Assembly (NCBI GenBank): GCA_013138975.1
Contig: WTBR01000043.1
Coordinates: forward strand, 28,941-92,940
Source of the DNA: Bacteroidales bacterium
GTDB taxonomy: Bacteria > Bacteroidota > Bacteroidia > Bacteroidales > UBA12077
Reading direction: 5' to 3'
Length of the DNA stretch: 64,000 nucleotides
How positions within the stretch are numbered: the stretch's first letter is position 1; each line of letters starts with the position of its first letter. The notes beneath the pieces were generated by a model, which saw only the letters and a list, made by a program, of their open reading frames with translations, had not been told where the DNA came from and did no database searches. Of the stretch, positions 18,931-27,500 are shown one piece after another. Made by a program: the position numbers and the translations under genes.

Positions 18931-21444
18931 ATGAGTAATAAGATTGAAAAATATTGGGAAAACAAGCTTTTTGATTCCAAAGATGCGAACATAGGAATAT
19001 TTTATTCCGGGTATGAGGGTAAGAATAGTATAAATCAAAAAAGATATACTTTACCTTCTTCATTATCCGGAAAAATTAATTCTATATGTAATAAGTCTGA
19101 TTTAAAGCTTTTTACATTTCTTGCTTCAATTACCAATTTGTTATTATTTAATTATTTTAACAGTCCTCGTATTTTATTATTATCTCCTGTAATTCAGCAA
19201 AATACAAATCAGAAATTATTAAACTATATATTGGTTTACCAAAGCGAAATAAAAGCAAATATTTCATTTAAAGACTTTTTGTTATCTGTGTGGAAAGAAA
19301 TTAGTACTTCAACAGAACATCAGAATTTCCCACTTAAAGATTTAATTAAAAAAGCATCTGCTAACATTACTCCTTTAAATGATGTTCGAAATGTTGGAAT
19401 TTTATTGGAGAACATACATTCTAAGTCTTATTTAGGAGATATTCCAAATTTATTATTTTGTTTTAACAAAAAACAGGATGAAATAGAGTGTACAATCGAA
19501 TATAAAAATCAAGCTTTTACAGATACAGCGATTGATAAAATATGGGAATGTTTTACCACTTTAACTACAAATATTTTAAACGATCTTTCTTCAGATATTA
19601 GTCGAATTGATTTAATATCGAAAGAACAAAAAGAAGAGTTTTTATTCGAATTTAACAATACCAATAAAGCAATCGGTGATGATTCTATAGTAGACTATTT
19701 TAATAAACAAGTAGCCCAATTGCCCGATAAGATAGCTGTAATAATGGATAATTTATTTATTACATATAAAGAACTGGGAAAAAGATCAGATCATTTTTCA
19801 GCAGTATTGAATAAAAACGGGCTTGGTACAAATCATATTTGTGCGGTTTATTTAGATAGAAGTATCCATTTTATTATTTCTATTCTTGGTATTCTCAAAG
19901 CAGGAGCAGCTTACTTACCAATGGATAGAGATTATCCGGTAGAACGAATTAAATATATTGTTAAGGATAGTAAGGTAGAGATTGTTATCGTTGATAATGA
20001 GTCCTATAAAGTAGATATAGAATGCAATAAACTTAACATTGAGAAAATAGATTTTAATGCCGCGAATGAAGCTTTACCTGAAATAAATTACAACAAAGAA
20101 AATGCAGCTTATGTAATTTATACATCAGGTTCGACAGGTATTCCCAAAGGGGTAATTATAAAGCAAGAAGGGGTTTTAAATTATGCTTTATGGGCTATTG
20201 ATCATTATATTGGAAACAATGAGATTACTTTTCCATTGTTTACATCCATTTCATTCGATTTAACGGTAACATCAATTTTTACTCCTTTACTGAGTGGTAA
20301 TAAAATAAAAATATACGAAGCCAAACAGAACAGTGCTTTTTTATTGGAGAAAATATTAAAAGAGAATCAAGTCGATATTATTAAAGTTACACCTTCTCAT
20401 CTTCGGTATTTGATTCAATTATATAAGTATAAACCTACTTCAAATAATTCTGATTTCACTTCGAATATCAAAAAAATTATTGTTGGAGGAGAGGATCTTA
20501 AAACTGATTTGGCCAATTCGGTTCTGGATATTTTTGGAAATCATATTGAAATATACAATGAATATGGCCCAACCGAAACAGTAGTTGGAAGCATAATATA
20601 TAAATTTAAGCGAGATGCATATTTGGAATATCAAAGTGTAGCCATAGGTAAACCCATAGCCAATACCAAGGTGTATATCTGTAATAAGTTTGGAGGTATC
20701 ATGGCACAGGGTGTTGAAGGCGAGATTCTTATAGGAGGTAGTGGTGTTAGCATGGGTTATATAAATAAACCAGAAGCAACACATGAAAGATATATTCATC
20801 ATTCGAATAATGGCGAACAGCAATTGTATAAAACAGGCGATAGAGCAAAATGGATAGATTCTGAAAGTATTTTATTTTTGGGACGTTTGGATGAGCAAGT
20901 CAAAATAAGAGGATTTAGAATAGAATTAGGGGAAATCGAAAATACAGCTAAAAATTTTGCAGATATTGATGATTGTAAGGCCATTGTAATTAATGATAAT
21001 GAAAATATTATTGTTTGTGTGATGGCTCAGTCTAAAATTGACCAAAAGGAATTGTCCGATCATTTTAGTCAGTATCTCCCTGAATATATGATACCATCTG
21101 AGATTTACCAGGTAGATAAGATTCCTTTGACCATAAATGGTAAGATAGATACTTCTGAGTTGCTATCGATGAGGCAAACAAAGGAAGTTACGGAAGGATA
21201 TGTTGCTCCAAATAGTAAAACCGAGAAAATCATTTCTGAAATTTGGGGAGAAGAATTGAATATTGCGAAGGTGGGTATCTACGACAATTTTTTTACAATT
21301 GGAGGTACATCATTAAACATGATAAAAGTAAATAGTCGTATTCAGGAAACGCTCGAAAAGCAAATTGAGATTATTCATATGTTTGAATACACAACGATAC
21401 AGTCTTTGTCGGAATTTATAGATAATCAAATGGTTAATAATTAA
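18931..21444 (+). CDS. NRPS subunit, half-C-A-T (A domain Asn-like code), ends in carrier domain
   Basis: The N-terminal region is C-lobe-only (EKYWENKL...). A domain: YTSGSTGIPKG, FDLTVTSIF, NEYGPTETVVGS, GEILIGGSGVSMGYI, YKTGDRAKW, GRLDEQVKIRGFRIELGEIE, INGKIDTS. T domain: FFTIGGTS. There is no downstream C domain and no DFxF tail. Confidence 0.9.
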   Translation: MSNKIEKYWENKLFDSKDANIGIFYSGYEGKNSINQKRYTLPSSLSGKINSICNKSDLKLFTFLASITNLLLFNYFNSPRILLLSPVIQQNTNQKLLNYILVYQSEIKANISFKDFLLSVWKEISTSTEHQNFPLKDLIKKASANITPLNDVRNVGILLENIHSKSYLGDIPNLLFCFNKKQDEIECTIEYKNQAFTDTAIDKIWECFTTLTTNILNDLSSDISRIDLISKEQKEEFLFEFNNTNKAIGDDSIVDYFNKQVAQLPDKIAVIMDNLFITYKELGKRSDHFSAVLNKNGLGTNHICAVYLDRSIHFIISILGILKAGAAYLPMDRDYPVERIKYIVKDSKVEIVIVDNESYKVDIECNKLNIEKIDFNAANEALPEINYNKENAAYVIYTSGSTGIPKGVIIKQEGVLNYALWAIDHYIGNNEITFPLFTSISFDLTVTSIFTPLLSGNKIKIYEAKQNSAFLLEKILKENQVDIIKVTPSHLRYLIQLYKYKPTSNNSDFTSNIKKIIVGGEDLKTDLANSVLDIFGNHIEIYNEYGPTETVVGSIIYKFKRDAYLEYQSVAIGKPIANTKVYICNKFGGIMAQGVEGEILIGGSGVSMGYINKPEATHERYIHHSNNGEQQLYKTGDRAKWIDSESILFLGRLDEQVKIRGFRIELGEIENTAKNFADIDDCKAIVINDNENIIVCVMAQSKIDQKELSDHFSQYLPEYMIPSEIYQVDKIPLTINGKIDTSELLSMRQTKEVTEGYVAPNSKTEKIISEIWGEELNIAKVGIYDNFFTIGGTSLNMIKVNSRIQETLEKQIEIIHMFEYTTIQSLSEFIDNQMVNN

Positions 21445-21455
21445 TTGTGTATGAT

Positions 21456-21534
21456 AGCGTGGTACGGATTTATTAATAATCAGCAAGTTGATTATAATTT
21501 CATGTTATCTATATTAGTTAACCGTGGCACGGCT
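21456..21534 (-). repeat. probable diverged, inverted family-B unit
   Basis: AGCGTGGTACGGA...AATCAGCAA...ACCGTGGCACGGCT resembles the reverse complement of family B (AGCGGTGGTACGAC...AAATCAGCAAA...GTCGTACAACCGCT). The arms are degenerate. Confidence 0.4.
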
Positions 21535-21554
21535 AATTACTTAGCCAAAGCCTT

Positions 21555-21618
21555 GTGTCAACTCAAGCTTTAATTGTCGGATCGACCTGACAGAGTTTTT
21601 TTTAAACCTGTCAGAGTC
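21555..21618 (+). repeat. repeat family A, left-half copy
   Basis: GTGTCAACTCAAGCTTTAATTGTCGGATCGACCTGACAGAGTTTTTTTTAAACCTGTCAGAGTC matches 24359-24422 with a few substitutions. Confidence 0.75.
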
Positions 21619-21704
21619 TGGTACTAGGTAATAGTCTTTTAAGTTATACCACAAAGGGACACTAAGGACTCACAAAGTTACACAAAGAGTTTTTGAACAG
21701 CCCC

Positions 21705-21744
21705 TTAGTCAAACAAACATTAAGGTCATAAAGTAAAATTAATA
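21705..21744 (+). repeat. repeat family D, copy 1 (copy 2 at 48097-48134)
   Basis: Copy 1 is TTAGTCAAACAAACATTAAGGTCATAAAGTAAAATTAATA. Copy 2 is TTAGTCAAACAAACATTAAAGTCGTAAAGTTAATTAAT. Copy 1 lies 22 nt upstream of the carrier-protein start. Copy 2 abuts a family-B unit. Confidence 0.7.
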
Positions 21745-21765
21745 TACAAATTAATAATAAAACAA

Positions 21766-22011
21766 ATGGGAACTGAAACTAAAATTAGAGAATTTATTAC
21801 TCAAAATTTAATGGTATTCGAAAAAGATGTAACATTCACAGATCAAGACAATATTTTTGAAATGGGATTTGTTAATTCTCTTTTTGCAATGAAGCTTTTA
21901 AATTACCTCGAATCTGAGTTCAAAGTGGAAATAGAAGAACATGATATGGATATTCAAAATTTTAGTTCTGTAGTAAATATCACTGCATTAATTGATAAAT
22001 ATTTAAAATAA
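21766..22011 (+). CDS. free-standing carrier protein (DltC/ACP-like)
   Basis: This 81-aa acidic protein contains IFEMGFVNSLFAMKLLNYLESEF. The Ser codon at 21877-21879 sits where the phosphopantetheinyl Ser of DltC/ACP-type four-helix carriers is found. Confidence 0.7.
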   Translation: MGTETKIREFITQNLMVFEKDVTFTDQDNIFEMGFVNSLFAMKLLNYLESEFKVEIEEHDMDIQNFSSVVNITALIDKYLK

Positions 22012-22019
22012 GACGGCTA

Positions 22020-22730
22020 ATGTTTATTACTAAGAATTATAGCACTATTACAGATGATAAGGATAGTTTTGATTGGAAAAAATTCTTTGAAAATGAAACT
22101 GATTTTTCATCTGATAATATTGATATACTCAAAATATTTAATGAATTAAGAGACCATCTAAGCGAAAAGAATAGTCAGTTTGGTTTAGTATTTAATTCGT
22201 TTATGAAATCTCTTTTGAGAGGAACAGAATTCGAGTCCAATATTAAAATCCTTGAAATAGGTTCCGGAACCGGATTTCTTACCAGGTGGTTGCTTTCTAA
22301 TTACAATGGAGAAGGATGTTTAGTTGATTCCTGTAATGAATCATTTAAAGCTTTTAAAGCAATTCAGGATATGTCACATAAAATTGAATTCATACAAAGT
22401 GATGTATTTGACCTTGATATAAAAGAAACTTTCGATATAGTTTGCAGTTTTGGACTTATAGAACATTTTGAGGATAAAACCCGAATAATGGATGCTCATA
22501 AAAAAAATATGGATGCCAATGGTTGGGGTATAATAATAGTACCACTGGATAGCCCATTATCCAGGTGTTTTTTTGAAGTTCACCCTGAACTTAATTTAGG
22601 TTACCGTGAATTATTAACGGAAAGCGAATTTCGTAATATATTAATAGATAACAATTTAGATATACATAAAATAGTTTCTAGTAAGGGTTATGTGTATGAT
22701 TTTATTGCTGCTTTAGTGAAAAAGAATTAA
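22020..22730 (+). CDS. class I SAM-dependent methyltransferase
   Basis: Motif I is ILEIGSGTGFLT, followed by an acidic post-I (LVDS) and the motif II-like FDIVCSFGLIEHF. Its start is 8 nt after the carrier-protein stop. Confidence 0.8.
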   Translation: MFITKNYSTITDDKDSFDWKKFFENETDFSSDNIDILKIFNELRDHLSEKNSQFGLVFNSFMKSLLRGTEFESNIKILEIGSGTGFLTRWLLSNYNGEGCLVDSCNESFKAFKAIQDMSHKIEFIQSDVFDLDIKETFDIVCSFGLIEHFEDKTRIMDAHKKNMDANGWGIIIVPLDSPLSRCFFEVHPELNLGYRELLTESEFRNILIDNNLDIHKIVSSKGYVYDFIAALVKKN

Positions 22731-22789
22731 ATAAAGCCTAACTACTCAAGTATATTATAATATTGATATATAGTTATTTGAAAAGATAG

Positions 22790-22900
22790 TTTCACGCAGA
22801 GCACGCTAAGAAAAAAATATGCAAAGGCCGCATTTAATACATTATGAGCCTTTTGCGATCTTTGCAAAAAACTTTGCGACTTTTGCGAGAAAACTATAAA
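22790..22900. repeat. low-complexity TTTGCGA/TTTGCAA-type intergenic element
   Basis: The element reads TTTCACGCAGAGCACGCTAAG...GCAAAGGCCGC...CTTTTGCGATCTTTGCAAAAAACTTTGCGACTTTTGCGAG. A similar style of element, CACAAAG(G/T)..CACAAAG, occurs at ~21645-21690. Confidence 0.5.
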
Positions 22901-23132
22901 GTATTAAAATTTTATCTGTTAGTTTTAATTAGTGTGCCTGAGTAATTACAATAAAGTACATTTTTTAAACACTTTTATAAAAGGGCTTTAGGATTATTTT
23001 CATGACTGTATTAACGAAAAATAAGATGAAATATTAAGTTATAGGCAAGCCATCGACAAAATGCTCAGGGCAGATGAAAGAAAGCCTATAACAATGATTT
23101 AACATATATAAAATTTAAAAGGAGAAATATTT

Positions 23133-23654
23133 ATGTGGATTTTACTTCATAATAATGATGACCAAGGTAAACAAGCTGCAACTCGAGCTCGTAATGCAGG
23201 CTTAAGGTTTATAGATGTGGTATTAGAAAATGGCCCTAAAGCGGCTTATAAAGACATACTTATTGCTAGGGAACAAGCTGGGGCGGACTTTCTCGGTATA
23301 TTGTATAGTGGACATGGATCCAAATCAGGAAAAAAATTCATGTCAACAAACAATAAAGAACTAAATACAACGAACTTTGCTAAATTATTGGGTTTGGCTA
23401 ATCCCTTGCGAATTGTTTTTTTTAGCTGTTATGGTGGATTAATTGTTGAAAACACACTAACGGAATTTCAGACCGTGGATCAAATTCAAGTGGAAGTTGA
23501 TAATGTAAACTATAGTGCCAATTTAAAGGGGTGTTCAGTCGAGGGGCCAATAGATGCAATAATTGGAGCCAGTGTACAGCCAGATATGAGAAGACTGGCT
23601 GAAGATCCGAATTTTCGACCTTATAAAGCCACTGGTTACACAGTAGTTTTATGA
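23133..23654 (+). CDS. hypothetical small protein with His/Cys dyad arrangement (clan-CD cysteine-peptidase-like)
   Basis: The 173-aa ORF is preceded by AGGAG 7 nt upstream. It shows beta-strand-GHG (LYSGHG, His codon 23313-23315) and strand-C (IVFFSCYGG, Cys codon 23427-23429) 38 aa apart, as in caspase/CPD-type folds. It is visibly more G+C-rich than its neighbours. Confidence 0.5.
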   Translation: MWILLHNNDDQGKQAATRARNAGLRFIDVVLENGPKAAYKDILIAREQAGADFLGILYSGHGSKSGKKFMSTNNKELNTTNFAKLLGLANPLRIVFFSCYGGLIVENTLTEFQTVDQIQVEVDNVNYSANLKGCSVEGPIDAIIGASVQPDMRRLAEDPNFRPYKATGYTVVL

Positions 23655-23705
23655 TCTTAAGAAATAGATAATTAAAGATATAACAAATAATTTAAGAGAA
23701 ATAGA

Positions 23706-24359
23706 ATGTCAAATTTAGTATTATATGTAAACCCTAACGACAGAGGAAAAGCAGAGAAAATGATGGCTGCCGGTGGTGCAAATTCGAGAGCAGTTCAGGT
23801 GAAATTTAAGCGAGGAAATCAAACCCAAAGTTACGATATTGATAATCTTGAAGATATAAGAGTCGGTGATTTAGTTGCTGAAAAGATTTTTTGGATCGGA
23901 CATGGTAGGGCAGGAGCATTATCAGCAAAAGATGGAACAACTACCGAAAATACCAAAATAACTAAAGACGGTACATTTATCACATCCAAATCTATTCGTG
24001 AGTTATTAAATAAACTGAATACTCAGGTTTTCACGATACAGGGTTGTGATGTAGCCAAAGGAAATGGAAGTGAAAAGTTTGCACGAAAACTAGCTGAGAA
24101 TACGAATAGTCTGGCTATAATCAATATGTCGTCTAATCCTACAATGTTTGCACCATCTGGTAACCCAGCTCAAAATGTTACTTATTGGAATGCAATAATG
24201 CAGGATGTGCACATATTTTACAAAAGGGAACATGAATATTTTGTAAAGAGTACCCAGAGTGCGATGACTACCTTTGGAGGTGAGCCAATAGCTACTATTT
24301 GCCAAAATGGTGGTTATACTAAGAATCAGAAAGATCAATTAAAGGTTTCTGATTCCTAG
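23706..24359 (+). CDS. hypothetical small protein with His/Cys dyad arrangement (clan-CD cysteine-peptidase-like), distant paralog of previous gene
   Basis: The 217-aa ORF contains FWIGHGRAG (His codon 23901-23903) and FTIQGCDVAKG (Cys codon 24045-24047) 48 aa apart. This resembles the IGHGK...LLGCN pattern of C80-type cysteine protease domains. Confidence 0.5.
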   Translation: MSNLVLYVNPNDRGKAEKMMAAGGANSRAVQVKFKRGNQTQSYDIDNLEDIRVGDLVAEKIFWIGHGRAGALSAKDGTTTENTKITKDGTFITSKSIRELLNKLNTQVFTIQGCDVAKGNGSEKFARKLAENTNSLAIINMSSNPTMFAPSGNPAQNVTYWNAIMQDVHIFYKREHEYFVKSTQSAMTTFGGEPIATICQNGGYTKNQKDQLKVSDS

Positions 24360-24487
24360 TGTCAAGTCAAGCTTCTAGTTTCGGGTCGACCTGACAGAGT
24401 TTTTTAAAACCTGTCAGAGTCAAAACTCTATAAGGTCATACTGACTCTGTCAGGATTTCAACTAAAAAAACATCCTTGACATGACAC
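24359..24487 (+). repeat. repeat family A, full copy with terminal inverted repeats
   Basis: The copy runs GTGTCAAGTCAAG...CTTGACATGACAC, with termini that are reverse complements. The internal arms CCTGACAGAGT / CCTGTCAGAGT can each pair with ACTCTGTCAGG. The element overlaps the last base of the upstream stop codon. Confidence 0.8.
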
Positions 24488-24548
24488 TAGTGAAAAAATT
24501 GCTTGCCCCAAAAGCAAGTATTCAAGATAATAAAATAGCTCATAATTT

Positions 24549-27500
24549 ATGAAGAAAATAAAATCAGTTGATAATACGAAAGCCCAATATTCTGATTCGG
24601 ATATCGCAATAGTAGGGATTGACCTTCGTTTTCCGGGTGCTACAAGTGTTTCGGAATTTTGGGAAAACCTAGTTGATGGAAAAGAGTTGATTACCTTTTT
24701 TACGGATGAAGAATTAATCGCTGATGGAGAAGATAAAAATCTTATAAATAAAAAAAATTATGTAAAAACGAATGGAAGTATTCTGGAAAACAAAGAATAT
24801 TTCGATGCTTCCTTCTTCAATTTTACTCCACTTGAAGCACTTCTTTTAGATCCACAAACCAGGGTATTAATGGAATGTGTTTATGGTGCCGTTGAAGATG
24901 CCGGTTTTAGTTTGCAGGATAAAAAAAATAAAATAGGTCTTTTTGTTGGAGCATCATCGAGTTTATACTGGGAATTACTAACGCATATCTATGCTAAAGA
25001 AAATAATATAGATGATTTTATGGTTATGAACCTGGCTAAAAAAGATGTTATTAGTACATGGATATCTCATAAATTAAATCTTACAGGGCCAAGTGTTTCC
25101 ATTCAATCCGCTTGCTCTACTTCATTATTAGGCATTGATTTAGCTTGTAGGTCATTAAGAGATGGTCAGTGTAAAGTAGCAATAGTTGGTGGTGCGTCAA
25201 TTACTAAATTTAAAAAACGAGGATATCTTTATCAGGAAGGGATGATCTTTTCGAAAGATGGACACAATAGGGCTTTTGATGCAGAGGCAAGTGGAATGGT
25301 ATCCGGTGAAGGAGTTGCTGCCATTGTTTTACGAAAGGCCAATGATGCAATAAGAGACGGTGATGATATATATGGTATTATCAAAGGTATTGGAGTAAAC
25401 AATGATGGTAATCGTAAAGTTGGATTTTATGCACCAAGCGTTCAAGGTCAAACAGAAGCCATTCTTTTAGCATTGGAGAATTCAAAAGTATTATCTCGTG
25501 ACATTAATTATGTAGAAACACATGGTACCGGAACAATAATAGGAGATGCAATTGAAATTGAGGCCTTAAAAAAGGCATATAATACAAGCGAAAAAAAATA
25601 TTGTGCTTTAGGAGCAGTAAAATCAAATATCGGGCATTTGGATGTTTCCGCAGGATTAGCAGGATTAATAAAAACAGTATTAGTCCTGAAAAATAAGAAA
25701 ATACCACCCATTTTAAATCTTACAAAAACGAATCCAAAATTAGACCTCGATAATAGTCCTTTTTATATAAATACAGAGCTTGAAGAACTGAAAGATACTC
25801 AAAGCTTACAAAAGGCAGGGGTTAGTGCTTTTGGAATTGGGGGAACGAATGTTCATGTCATATTAGAAGAAGCCCAAACTGCACCTACATCAAGCACAGC
25901 AGGAAAGTGGCAAATGATTTATTTATCTGCCAAGAATCAAAATTCGCTGGAACAAAAAAGAATAGATTTTATTGAATATTTAAAAAATAATAAGGAAGAA
26001 AACTTAGCAGATATTTCTTATACCTTACTTAAAGGTAGAGACAATTACAGATTTAAACTTTCATGTGTAACGAGTTCTGTTTCAGAAACAATTGAAACGC
26101 TTGAAAATGCAGATCCACGAAAAGTTGATTATAAAAATGATGCTTATTTAAATAAACCCATTGTATTTGTATTTACCGGACAAGGCACACAATATATCAA
26201 TATGGGAAAAGATATATATGCGTCTGAGAAATATTTTAGAGATATCATGGATTATTGTTTTTCGAAAATTTCTCAATATTATGATATTAACCTGAAAGAC
26301 ATCTTATTTGCGGAAGAAGATACAGAATTGATTAAAGAAAAATTGGGTTCACAAGAAATTCTTCAGCCAGTATTATTCATTTTAGAATATTCGCTTGCCA
26401 GATTGCTAATGCATTGGGGTATCGTTCCTACATCAATGATTGGTTACAGTATTGGTGAATATGTTGCAGCATGTTTATCAGAAGTTATGACCTTAGATGA
26501 TGCGCTAATGCTTGTATGTAAAAGAGGAAAGGTGATGCAAAAAGCTCCGGAAGGAGTAATGATTAGTGTACCCTTAAATGAAAATGATGTTCAAGCATTT
26601 TTAAATAATAAAATATCATTAGCAGCAGTTAATGGCGATTCTTGTATTCTTTCAGGAAATTCAGAGGATATTACACAGCTGGAACGTACTTTGAGAGCGA
26701 AGAAGATACTTGCTTTCCGTTTGTCAATAACATGTGCAGGGCATTCGCCAATGATGGAGAATATTCTTCAGGATTTTGAAAAAGAATTTGATTCAGTTGA
26801 ATTAAAAGCTCCACAAATACCTTTTACATCTAATATTACTGGTAAATATATATTGCCGGAACAGGCAATGTCTAAGGAATACTGGGTTTCACAAGTTTCT
26901 AAAACAACCAGATTCTACGACTGTATTAAAACAGCAATGAAAAATAAGCTTCCTGTATTTATTGAACTAGGGCCTGGTCAGGAAGTAAGCGCACTTGTAA
27001 AAAGAGTAGTTTCCGGTGATGAATCGGAACCCGAAGTAATTAATTTAATAAGACATAAAACCAGGGATATATCAGATCACAAATACCTGCAAATAAAATT
27101 ATTACAAATATTCTCGAATAATATAAATATAGAATGGGATAAATTTTTCGAAGCTGAGAAAAGAACAAAAGTTAAGTTACCGAAGTATCCATTTAATAAA
27201 TCAAAGTATTGGTTGGAAGGCGATTTATATAAATTAGGTTTAGGTGGATCAGATGCGAAAATGAAAGTAGAATCCTTTCAGGGCGTTGATGATAGCAATG
27301 ATCTTAATAATGATCAGTTTGTAAACAATAGAATAAATATTACAAGTGATTATGTTGAACCAACGAACCCGCAAGAAGAGAAAATGCAAAAGCTTTGGTG
27401 TGATTTTTTCGGATTAAAGCGTATAGGAATTAAGGATAACTTTTTAGAATTGGGAGGCGATTCCTTAAAAGCGATTAACCTGATTAACATTATATATGAG

